Positions 10,720-38,577 of a DNA stretch of 64,000 nt are shown piece after piece. The DNA is from Macrostomum lignano (taxonomy: Eukaryota). Position 1 is the first letter of the stretch. Each line of letters starts with the position of its first letter. The translations under genes were made by a program, and so were the position numbers. The stretch covers positions 62,001-126,000 of the forward strand of contig NIVC01002262.1 of the NCBI GenBank assembly GCA_002269645.1, written 5' to 3'. The notes beneath the pieces are model-generated. The model was not told where the DNA came from. It was given only the letters and a program-made list of their open reading frames with translations, and ran no database searches.

Positions 10720-13156
10720 TCATTCATAAACACTCGATGGAGTGTAAGAAATCCGGTCCATCTCGGATGCCAGCTTCTCTTTGATCTTATCAACCATAGC
10801 CGTCTCAACAAACAGGTGCTCCTCATCCAGGTCGGCAACAACAAAGGCTTTGCCAAGCGCGTGAGACTCAGACAAGTGCAACAGGAGTTGCTTCATTGCT
10901 GGGTCACTAAAACAGTGAGAAATTTGACAGTGACTGGTCAAATTTGGTATAGGAAATTACCATACTTTTACTTGCTACATAGCATAAATTTAAAAAAGTA
11001 CTGACTGTCTAATTAGGATCAATTTTTTCATCTATAAGACAATAATTTTATTATATAATAACAATTGGACAAACAAGTTCTTAAATGACAGGCCTAATCT
11101 TAGTCAACAAAACATGCTATGATTTTTGTATTATAACAATGGTATTTAAGCTATTTCTGACATTTTGATTTTGTGCACTTAGTTTTTTCTAAGCTAAATG
11201 CCATTTACTTAATTTCCATATTTTATTTTATTTTATATTTCATATAAAGTATAAAAAATAGATAATTATTAGGATTCTTGCAACTTTAGGACTTCTATAT
11301 AAATTGTTATTTTTGAGCACTCTATAAATATGAAGTCTATAGTTGATGATTTATATGGGTAAGAGAGACTTAACAAAGTAAATTCAAGGGTAGAAATGTT
11401 GCCATTTTATTGTATTTTTGCATTTTTTAACCTATGTGGTCAATAATTAATATTTTTATTTATAATACTATTATATATAAATATAGAAAATTAATACAAT
11501 ATAATAACATAACTTTAATTTTATTTATACTCTTCAATAATTAGATATACTTGCTAAATCTAAACCTGAGCAGCAAAATTAGTATCCAAATAGAAAGTTG
11601 GATATCTCCAATATGTAACTTTTTGGTTGAGGAACCTTGATACATGTACAATTTTTATGATCCTTTAAAGAAGCTCATTTCTACAAAAATGGTAGAATAA
11701 AAAATAATAAAAAAGTGCAAACATTTATCTGTTCACCATTTTTATAGTATTATTTTTGTATATCATTATGTATATAAAATGATACTTTCATTTTTTACAT
11801 ATTTAGGCCAGTGTGAGGATCATGTATCCGTGTATGCCAGACCAAATTTAGGTGTCAAGGACTTTGTATACCAATGTATGCCAAAAACAAAATGTTGCAC
11901 TAAAATGTACCCCAAAAATTCCTAAAAAAGGTAATACAGTTTTCAGTGTTCATGACTAGAGTTTTCTAAGAAAGGCTTTTGTATGAAAAGTGTTTTTAAA
12001 ATATTATAAATATTTTAAATTTAAACAAACTTAAATTATACCTACAAACATATGATGCAAAATTGATACTCTTAGCAAAAATTCACACTAATTTTATTTA
12101 TTGTTAATTTCAAAAGAAGCAAAATTTTATCAATAATGATACGAATCTGTTACTTTACATAAAAATGTAATTTACATTACAATTTTCATGCATGGCATGA
12201 ATTTATTCACCAAAATTTGTACGCCAAAAAAGTATGTGTGGCTATGTTACTTGTGTACGCCAATAGTGTATGCCAACAAAGTTTGCCAGGGGTTGTGTAC
12301 ACCAATTGTGGCCGTTTTGTATGCCAGAAAAGTTCCGGCGTATATGCATACCATCCGCAACTTGGTATTTAGGTTAGCTATTAGTCACTTGGATAAAAGG
12401 CATTAGCAATAAACAAGAAAAGATTGATCATTTCAACAAATTGCTAAATAAATAGAATTAACAAAATAAGGATATAGCTTTAACTTGATTGTCTTAGAAT
12501 ACCTTTCCATGCTTTAAATGGAAAAAAACTATGGTAATTTTTATGTAAAAATATTAAATACAATATATACTTCTATCTCAATAATATCCCTAGAGTTTAT
12601 AGCTAATTTTGGCCATAGACACATTTTTTGCCAGTGACATCAGCACACAAAATTCAAAATTGCATAATAGTGGTTGAAATTTGAAAAAAAACTGGGAAAA
12701 ACCTAGAAATTACAATAAAAGTTAAGTTGCAACCCTCCACAAATGGAATTTTAATGCCAAAACACTTCTAAAATGTTGGCATAATGAAAATATTTATTTT
12801 TGGAAAGTTTCATGTCAATAGCTAAAAAAAATATTTGTACAGTAAATATAATGAACCATTCTGCAGGATAGCCAATAAGTTCCCAATTAGTAAATATAAT
12901 ATTTTCAAGTTACTAATACTAATAACTAGTAGCACTATATTTTTTCAGATTTGCAATATTTTAATAAGACTATATACCATATATTATAATGTGACTCAAT
13001 TCATTCCAGTGTAGCTCAAATTTACATTAAAATTTACAGCTTATAAATAGCATATTTTTTAATCATTGTTAATTGATATTTATTGACATTTGGCTTACTG
13101 TCAGGAATCTATCTTGCTTACCATTTTACTAGAGTTCCTTTAACATAGTTGACCAT
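10720..13156 (-). CDS. GTF2H5: TFIIH subunit p8/TFB5; exons 13156-13122 and 10906-10720 (73 aa)
   Basis: Spliced product MVNYVKGTLVKC|DPAMKQLLLHLSESHALGKAFVVADLDEEHLFV matches GTF2H5 ([21 protein letters not shown]). Phase-2 intron in the Cys codon (TG|GTAAGC ... TTTTAG|T). Confidence 0.93.
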
Positions 13157-13595
13157 GATTTTGCTGATAATATTGTTTATAAAAGGGGAACAAAATCTAA
13201 TGTCAAGCAAAAATATTATTTACAGGAAAAACTTTATGATACTTTTATGAATTAGTTGTTTTCGGTGAAAATAAAAGCGACACTACTAATTTTATTTACT
13301 GTATACCTGAATACTACAACTTCGATAAACACATGGATCTAGTACTATTAATGAATAGGCTACTTAATTTTTACTCAAGCAGTTATCCAACCGACTGGAC
13401 TGGACCAACGGTTTTTTCAGAGCTAATTTTTAAAACTTTCTACTACGAAGACGCATATTTAAAAATTTTTAGCAAGAAAAAACAAAACAGCTACAGAAAT
13501 TCTCGACAAAACTTTTTCTATGTTAAAAAATAAGGAAATTCAATTTTAAATGTTTTTAAAAATTGTTTTCTTTTCTATATTTAGCGTTTTGTAAT

Positions 13596-13607
13596 TTGCC
13601 ATGGCAA
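13596..13607. promoter_or_regulatory. RFX X-box-like palindrome TTGCCATGGCAA in the divergent GTF2H5/CFAP91 promoter
   Basis: Perfect 12-bp palindrome matching the core of GTTGCCATGGCAAC. It is followed by a candidate non-coding CFAP91 exon ending AAG|GTAATC (13684) and an acceptor TTCCAG| at 14707. Confidence 0.55.
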
Positions 13608-14727
13608 TCCATCGCTCCTTATATTCGAATTAGTACAAATTTTTGCTTTGTAAATTAGTTGCTTCGCTCAAGATAAGCACTAAGGTAATCCTATGCTTGC
13701 AGTCATTTAAAACGTTCAAATATTGAGTTTTAAGAAGAGATAAATTGAGTTCGCTTAAAGCAAAATTTATCCAAGTAGTCTTTGTTTTCGGTTGTTTCGC
13801 TTTTTTCAATAAAAACAGTGGAGAAATGATTCCACGTATTTTTGAATATTTTTACCAAAATATTTTTACATGACTAGGTCACTAGGATCGTCTCGTCTCC
13901 ATTAACTTTTTGCTGTTATGTAGGAATTATTTTCAACAGCTTACAATTAAGAAACTTGAAAAAGAAAAACATTGCCATTGTGACAAAAACAAGATATTTT
14001 GTTAGGGCCTGGAGGAGCACGGGTTTCGAGGTCCATAAAGAGCTAGGCGGCTAGCCTTTTTGTGAAAATTCACTGTCATCCTTTTTAAAATTATTTATGC
14101 ATCTTTACATATCAGGATTTTTTAGTTCTGATAGCGCCCTAGAAAGCAAAACAATGCTTGACAGTAAAGCTGCACTTGCATCTGTGAAGTAATTTACGAA
14201 TAGTAATATTTGAGAATTAATTTAATTTTAATTTTAAGAATTCGAAAAATCCGTTTAATTTAAAATATGTGATGAAATGTCACTAGATCACCAATCTGCA
14301 CTCAAAGCAAAGTTGGCTTTCTATTCTACAGGGGCAAAATAAAGCTAGTTAAATATCTAGTTGCTAGTTGCTCTATACCTAGACAATTTGATAACATGAA
14401 TAATTATGCTTTTTGACCAAGTCGTCTTCTGGCATTCATGTTTCTGTGCATCAGCCTGTGATTATAAAAAAATTACAAAGAAATTTTATGGCATTTTGTG
14501 TAAAGTTCTTTTATCTTTAATAAACTGATTGCATGACCTAATTTTAGCTGTCAAGGCCCCAGAATTGAACAGAAGCTGGGGCTGAACTTTAACCCTGTCT
14601 GTTAGTCTGCTTATTAAATTCTCGAGAGCAAGTGTGCATACGCTCGTGCTTGACCTAATTGGCATTTAAACATGATTAATCAATCGGAAACTTAATTGCG
14701 ATTCCAGACTGACTTGTTCGATTGCTG

Positions 14728-20641
<5,914 letters not shown>

Positions 20642-21139
20642 TGGACGGCCTTTCTCTGCTTTGATGACTGAAGACATGCTTTGTCGGCGAGATTTTTTTA
20701 GAATGTCCAAATAGTGAATAGTGAATATCTTTATTTTAAAAGCTTCAAAATCAGTGCTTTGGTCGATAATGAAATCAACTTATTTGTTAATAATGCCACT
20801 AATATACTACTCATTGATCTACGCAAAGTTATTTCACTGTCGTGTGAATTTAAGTTAGATTAAAAAGGCCTGTCAATATAATTATTCTCTTTAAGCTCTG
20901 CTGATAACTCAAAATTACCAAAATCAGAACCTCGGGAGCTCTGTTCATAACAAGATTTCAGTTAGAAAATTGTCTTAAATTTTTTGAATTACAGCAAATA
21001 TAATATAAAGAAGCTCGCTTTCTTTCCTCTTTTTGTAGTGCGTAAATTTATGAGTGCCAGAAAACTATTATTTATTTTTAATGGCTTTCAAGCGATTTAT
21101 TTTTTCTTCAAGAAAGTCAAGAAATTTTCTAAAAAAATT

Positions 21140-21680
21140 GTCCGAAATAATGAGACTTTTCTAAGAAACGTTTCTTTGGCGTTTCCTAGAAATAAGCCTG
21201 AAACATTTTTAAACAACTTCTTGGCATTTCTCTGAGAATTCTGTGACGGTTCTAAGAAATTTCCACTTTTAAGACACTTTTTAGAAGCTTCCTGGAAGTT
21301 GTCCAGAAATATGTCCACCATGTCACCATTCTATTGTGTTCTTGATATCTTCACAAATGTCTTCAAACTGTTACAGAACTGTTCTGTTCTGTTCTGTCGC
21401 AGAAATGTGCCTGTAACATTTCTAAGAAATTTGCCTGTGACATTTCCAAGAAATGTGCCTGTAAACAATTCTGAGAAACGTGTCAAATATTTCCAAGAAA
21501 TGTGCCTGTACCATTTAGAGAAATGTGCCTGTAATATTTCCAAGAAATTTGCCTGTAACGTTTCCAAGAAATGTGCGTGTAACTGTAACATTTCCACGAA
21601 ACGTGTCAAATACGAGCTATTTCAAAGAAATGTGCCTGTTATATTTCCAAGAAGCTTGTCAGCAACATTTCCAAGAAATG
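21140..21680. repeat. Degenerate ~24-bp repeat (TTCCAAGAAATGTGCCTGTAACAT-like)
   Basis: Recurrent CCAAGAAAT/CTAAGAAAT...GCCTGT motifs. Confidence 0.7.
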
Positions 21681-22479
21681 CGTCCACCATATCACCAGTC
21701 TATTGAATGTCCTTGAATCCTGATACCGTCAAGTCAGGGGTCCATGATAAAAGCAACCATCTGCATAGCGGTGGCAACTGGACAAAGAAAACCAATGAAG
21801 GAATTCGAACAGAAATCAAAAAGCAATCTCGAACCCGGGACAGATATTCCTGTCTGTTGCGCTTCTGCAAAAATCTTGCGTCAGATCCCATTTTGTTGGC
21901 CAATAAAATCCCAAGCTGAGCAGTTGGCCATCGGCCTCATAAATCTCAGTTGCGCCGGAGGCAGACAAACTGGCAAAAATTGTCCACAGAGGCTGCAACA
22001 GCGGACCGCCACACAATATCTCACCGCCCCATCATTCACCCGCCGACACGCGCGCCCGAGGAACACCGGGGGGGGGGAATCTTCAAATATCAGATTTTGC
22101 ATCGACATTCGGTGGCACGCCAAAGGGGCCGCTGCCTCTTCTTCTGGGCGCCTGTCTTCTTTGCGTCTTCATTTTTTTCAAAATTCTGTTGTTGGCGGCT
22201 GGCGGCGGGCCAGGGACGAAGGCCGATCGCATTTCTCTCGGCAAAAAAGGTGAGATTGCAATCTCTGTCTCGCCAGGGCCCTTCAAGCCGAATGCTTTGC
22301 CTGCAGCTTCTTTTTGCTTTTGAATTCGTCCGCTGCCCCCAAAACCCTTAAATCACTGATTATAACAAAACAAAAGCTATTCGTCGTCCGGCGCTTGCAG
22401 TTTTGGCGAATTCCTTTGACAAAATCTTTTGATGCTTCGCGAAGAACGGCTCAACCTTTTTGAGTTCGAGTCCGCCCCT

Positions 22480-22650
22480 CGATACGAGAACCGGGCACAC
22501 AGGTGTACAGCGGCGGCCCTTTGACTGTCTAATGGTCAGGCATGTACACTCTGTGTGTTTTGGGGGTCGGTGCTCATTAGCGCACGGAATCGAACCCGGG
22601 ACCTCCACCTGAACCCTACCATCCAACCCGAGACTTGAATCGCCCCAGCA
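22480..22650 (-). mobile_element. Possible SINE fragment with a pol III B box
   Basis: Reverse strand reads GTCCCGGGTTCGATTCCGTGC; A box not convincing. Confidence 0.3.
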
Positions 22651-23713
22651 TTGGCAATAAAGGAGTTTTTTAAGAGAAATTCCAAAATCCAAATCCTCAC
22701 GGCTAATCTGGCGCTTCAATCAACTTTCTGGCCAAGAGAGAAATCTGCTTTTAAAAGGAGAAAAATAAATGTCGTAACAGAGGCGAATTTTTTGGAAAAC
22801 TGCCGCTGCTGCTGCTGCTGCTGGGGGGGGGGGATATTTTTGACAGACATGAGCAGGCAGCGGGCTCGGATGCCTCCTCTGCAGGGTGGCGCATCGCAAT
22901 GAGGGGGGGGATATTTTCCCCTTGCAATGCCGGGCTGGCCTTATCTTGATGGTGAGTGGGGATGCTGGCATCGGGGATGCATGCAGGATCCCTGCAAGCT
23001 TTGGGCCAGCAGAGCCCCCGGCTGCGGAGAACTCGAGCTCAGAATACCGCTGAGATTTCTGATCTGAGCAGCTGATCTCCGCTCTTCATCAGGCTGAGGG
23101 AGAGAAGGAAGGCAGTGCGCATTGTTATTATTCCCACATCGTGTTGGGAGATTAGCCCAAGAGATTATTGCTGAGCAAACATCTGGATTGGCAAATCTTT
23201 CCTAGAGAAGAAGGCTTATTTAGAGAGTCTGCAAGAGTCGGCCGCATCAGCCGCATTCGGTCAGAAAACAATGGGGGATTCTCGGGTGAAATCGCTCATC
23301 CAGATCCTTAGCTCGAGACCTCCTTGGCTGAGCCGATGCGGGCAGTATAAAACCTGGTTGGAGCCACCCGGGTGAACCGAGTAGTGGAGACTGGCTGGTT
23401 GAAAAGGCCAAATAAAATTGTAAAAAAAAACAACCAACAGAAGCTCTGTTGCTCCATTGGATTAGCCATGGATTGCTGACGTTTATCTGCTAGTGAAATG
23501 GAGCTATTGTTGAGACCAAGGTACCAGCAGATGAAGGCGCAGCTGCGCTACCGCCAGCCATTTCACCGGCTGGCTGGCGTCTTGGGACTTTATGAGGGGC
23601 TGTCATGGATTCTGGAGATTTTTTCAATAGAGAACGAAAACACGACACACAGCGCTTGAATGATTTTTTGAAGATTTAGAGTCAAATTTAGCAAGATTTT
23701 GTTGTGGTCCTGC

Positions 23714-24150
<437 letters not shown>

Positions 24151-24701
24151 AATAGATCTCAAGATGGAATGTAAAACAGTAATCATTTAATAAGTTATAA
24201 TAACGATCAATAAAGTTTGCAAATAGCAACTTTCCCTCAGACTATATTGCCACTCATTACATCAGACCAAGAGCTGAAGTGCGGTGGGAACAGAGGTGTC
24301 AAGCTGTTAGCAAGTACCTGCAATCGACTTTACCAAACAGCCGTAAACTGGTTTAATGCACCGGGCAGTTTGCGCTGACCATGCCAGGCAGTGCAGGAGA
24401 TAAGCGATCTGTTGCTGCCGCCAAGCCCTTCTCTATCACTGACGGATGAATCTGAGCTGGCGAACACGGGGGGGGGGTTCTGCGCGATGGTGAAATATGG
24501 TCAATGTGGGATCACGGCTGCGGCTTGGGGTTCCTGCTGTGTGGCACCACTGCCCGCCAGACAATGCGGCGCGTGTATAGTAAAATAAATGCAATTGCTG
24601 TGCGCCATAAACACTAACGAATGCGCGGCCAGCCATGCAGAGCCGCCCACGGCTGCCTGCTAACTGCGGTGGCGGCTGCGATTCCGATCTGTGCTATCAA
24701 G

Positions 24702-25310
<609 letters not shown>

Positions 25311-26294
25311 ATCTTGCCTACAATATTGACTTTGATAGGCAGGCAGTCCGCAGGGGGTTCAGTACAGTTTTATGGTGTTGCCACCCCAGCTTCATACTGG
25401 CTAATTAGTCTGGGGCTGGAGGCCGAGGCCAAGGCAGGCTCGCACCCTCCCAGACCAGCACAAGCAGTCAGGAGAGTCTGCAACAAAAACTTGTCGAAAG
25501 TGGCGGGGGTTCAGTGGGAAGCGGGAGGGAGGCGCTGCGGGGGCTTCCAAAACAGGTCGGGCTGAACACAAGCGCAGGAGAGAGAAGGAAAGAAAGAAAG
25601 ACAAGAGGCAAAAGAATAATCTTTGCTTTTGCACCTTGCAATTGCGGCCCCTCCAGCGTGGCACCCCTTCTTCTTCCGTGATGTCTGGGCTGCTGAGGGG
25701 GGGGGGGGTTAACAACCACACCGGATTTCAGGGCTTATTTAGGATCCCGAAATTCAACGGGCTGGCCGGTTGGGTTCCCGTGGCAACCTGCTCGGGGAGG
25801 CTGCATTCATCATCATCAGTAGCAGCATCATCTGACTGCCCACTGTGCAGAGGACTGCGTGGGCTGGTTGTGTCTTGGTGGCAGACTCGGTGCATTGTTT
25901 TACCGGGGGGGGGGGTTGTTGGTTCTTCAAACTACCGCAGGATTAATCATTAATTAAACTATAGAAACTGCTTGCTTCGTCAAAAATTGGAACTCGTAAA
26001 AGTTGCTCAGCAGAAATGGAGCAGCGATCAGTGAGCAGACGCTCATTTTACTTGAATTTCAATTTCATATTGAGTGCCTTATTCGGTCAAGCAATTCACA
26101 CATCACCCAGATTCCGGGCGCCTCATCATTAACTGGGAGCGGAGCCAATCGCAGCCGGCCTCTCGAGCCGCAAGCCGCACTCTCCCTCTGCCCCCCTCCC
26201 GAGTGTCCCCCCTCAGCCTCTCCGCCCCATCACCCAGGCTCCCGACCCGACCGACCGCCGCCCGCCACCCCACAAGGTTTTTCGCTTCGGCCGT

Positions 26295-26740
26295 CAAGAT
26301 TTATCAAGCGATGATCTGGCGGAGCCCGGGGGGAGAGAGAGAGAGAGAGAGAGATAGCGGAGACCCGGCTGAATTATCGCTTTCTCTAACAAGCACTGCC
26401 CGGCTTATCAAAATTTGCAGACGGACAGACTGAAGGGCATCTGCCGCCAGCTGCTAATCCGCGTGAAGCAAATCGCTCACAGGATCTATCGATTGTTGCC
26501 TTCCTGCTAATCCATTCCTACCTTAAGCTCCAGTTTCTAAGAAAGGCAACGCGTGCTTATCACCTGTAACCACCTCTGCCGCAGGTAAGATCTTGATGCC
26601 TTTATCAGCAGGAGCACTGGGGCACTTTGGCCCGGCTAGTGAAAGGGGAGAGAACTTCTTATCCTGCGGGGAAATTTCTCCCAAATTCAATTAAGTAGGC
26701 CTTGTTGCTGTTTTTCCAATTACTAATTAACTTATCAGAG
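26295..26740. promoter_or_regulatory. Cluster of GATA-binding motifs at the 5' end of the GATA gene; includes a candidate non-coding exon ending CAG|GTAAGA at 26584
   Basis: TTATCA (=TGATAA) at ~26301, 26405, 26557, 26602, 26732, plus TTATCG/TTATCC near-matches, all in one orientation. Confidence 0.5.
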
Positions 26741-26764
26741 GTACTAGTACTCGAAGCAAAACTC

Positions 26765-27545
26765 GTGACCCACCGATGCTCCCTCCTGACCCACCGATGC
26801 TCCCTCCTGACCCACCGATGCTCCCCCCTGACCCACCGATGCTCCTTCCGGACCCACTGATGCTCCCCCCTGACCCACCGATGCTCCCTCCGGACCCACC
26901 GATGCTCCCTTCTGACCAACCGATGCTCCCCCCTGACCCACCGATGCTCCCTCCGGACCCACCGATGCTCCCTCCGGACCCACCGATGCTCCCTCCTGAC
27001 CCACAAATGCTCCTTCATGACCCACCGATGCTCCTTCCGGACCCACCGATGCTCCCTTCTGACCAACCGATGCTCCCCCCTGACCCACCGATGCTCCCTC
27101 CGGACCCACCGATGCTCCCTTCTGACCAACCGATGCTCCCCCCTGACCCACCGATGCTCCCTCCGGACCCACCGATGCTCCCTCCGGACCCACCGATGCT
27201 CCCTCCTGACCCACAAATGCTCCTTCATGACCCACCGATGCTCCCTCCTGACCCACCGATGCTCCCTCCTGACCCACAAATGCTCTTTCATGACCCACCG
27301 ATGCTCCCTCCTGACCCACCGATGCTCCCTCCTGACCCACCGATGCTCCTTCATGACCCACAAATGCTCCTTCATGACCCACCGATGCTCCCTCCTGACC
27401 CACCGATGCTCCTTCATGACCCACAAATGCTCCTTCATGACCCACCGATGCTCCCTCCTGACCAACCGATGCTCCAGCCTTCCTGACCCACCGATGCTCC
27501 AGTCTTCCTGACCCACCGATGCTCCAATCTTCCTGACCCATCCAA
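26765..27545. repeat. 21-bp minisatellite (GACCCACCGATGCTCCCTCCT), abutting the acceptor CCGTAG| at 27553
   Basis: About 36 copies; the 3n period yields spurious ORFs on both strands. Confidence 0.95.
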
Positions 27546-27571
27546 CTCCGTAGAGTCATACTGAGGAATCG

Positions 27572-36571
<9,000 letters not shown>

Positions 36572-36600
36572 GGCCGCACGATTTATTGATAGTCAATTCT

Positions 36601-36776
36601 TAATCACGTGACTAGCAGTCGCGGGTTATTTAGTCACGTGACTGTATGCCCCGGGTTAGAGAGTTATTAAGTCACGTGACTAATAGTGGCAGAATATTGA
36701 GTCACGTGACTGTATGCCGCGGGGAGAGTTATTAAGTCACGTGACTAATAGTGGCAGAATGTTGAGTCACGTGATC
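36601..36776. promoter_or_regulatory. Six (A)GTCACGTGAC(T)-type palindromic E-boxes in a ~65-68-bp higher-order repeat, GATA 3' UTR/flank
   Basis: Cores at ~36604, 36632, 36670, 36700, 36735, 36765; the two outer copies are partial. Confidence 0.6.
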
Positions 36777-37429
36777 CGACGCCTAGAGTTATTGTTTGCT
36801 AGTTATGTTTTGTTGTCCAAACTGTTTACTAATACAAGTAATTAATGATGATGCATATGAACTAAACTTGCTCTAAGCTATCTTTATCTTAAATTATACA
36901 TCTGCATTCGGCACAAGTTTATTACTTAATTGCTTGAATTAAAAACACCCATGCAATTGCTGGTTCCAATATTTAGTAATACTAAATTGATAATCAGTTC
37001 CAAAGTTTTGAATCTATGTGTGAGATAAGAAATTGTAATGGTTAAATATTGTTATTTTCTGTTACAGTAAGGAAAACTACATGTTGGTAATAAAATAATT
37101 TAGTTGCTTATCTTTGCCAATCGAGATTCGATGCACTTTAATAATTAAATTATATGTTAATAGCAAGATATTTATAACACATACTACAGCTTTTGATTCG
37201 CCCTTTATGACATTTAAAATTTGTTGCTTTTGTTTTATTAATATATTCCTTTTTGAATTTGCCATTCATTCTCTGTAGCGAACACCCCACTGTTGTATAC
37301 ACAGCATGAAAATAAAATGGGTAAATTTCGGTTTGTTAATTAACTGTTTTGCGAGTTCTGTCTTCGCAAAAACAAATGGTTTTGTTCGCTATGAAACAAT
37401 TTTGGTGACTTTTAAAGTTATATTAGTCT

Positions 37430-38005
37430 ACGCAGTCTATACAGCCTCTGTCACTCCAAATCTGAAGTCTATACAGCCTCTGTCACTCAAAGTCTACAGT
37501 CTATACAACCTTTGTCACCCCAAATCTGCAGTCTATACAGACTCTGTCACTCCAAATCTGCAGTCTTTACAGATTCTGTCACTCCAAATCTGCAGTCTAT
37601 ACAGACTCTGTCACTCCAAATCTGAAGTCTATACAGACTCTGTCACTCCAAGTCTGCAGTCTATACCACAGATACTATGATCTGTGGTCTATACAACCTT
37701 TTTCACTCCAAATCTGTAGTCTATACAGACTGTCACTCCAAATCTGTAGTCTATACAGACTGTCACTCCAAATCTGCACTCTATACAGACTGTCACCCCA
37801 AATCTGCAGTCTATACAGATTCTGTCACTCCAAGTCTGCAGTCTATACAGACTCTGTCACTCCAAATCTGCAGTCTATACAGACTCTGTTTCTTCAAATC
37901 TGAAGTCTATACAGACTCTGTCACTCCAAATCTGCAGTCTATACAGACTCTGTCACTCCAAATCTGAAGTCTATACAGACTCTGTCACTCCAAATCTGCA
38001 GTCCA
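37430..38005. repeat. 32-bp minisatellite (GTCTATACAGACTCTGTCACTCCAAATCTGCA)
   Basis: About 18 copies, some with internal deletions. Confidence 0.93.
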
Positions 38006-38577
38006 TACGGCCATTTTGGAATTCGAAATTTCTCAAGAGGAATAGCGCACACAAAAATATGAAAAAAATGAACGCACAATTTGTCTAAAATTTTGCAAGA
38101 AAACAGAAAAAGTTTTTATTGGAGCGTAGAGCAACTCTATTAAGTCTCAGGCGCAGTGAAATAAAGTTCAAACAGCAGGTGAAAAACACAAAAAGCAACA
38201 AAAATATCAATATTTCAGATCGAAGTCTCAGCAAAAAATTATACCCAATACACTGGTTGCTATGCAGTAGTATTTTAGCAAAATACCGTAGATTTAAAAT
38301 TTAACTGAAAGAAATCTTTTAAAATCAGTTTAAGTCGATAATGAAGTCAACCAGATGGAGTAATTCCATGAAGACTTCGATATTTGACCAAAACAGAGAT
38401 TTTATGTTAGGAGAAAATTTAGTTAAAAATTTCTGCAGATGAAAAAGTAAAGAAAGAGAAATGAAAAAAGGTGCAGAATGGCAGGCAGACAAAATAGAGG
38501 AAAATGAGCTGTTCAAGTCCTCCCCATCAGCTGAAAAGCAGTCCTCACCGAGCTCAGATGCCGGTGACACTGCTCAC

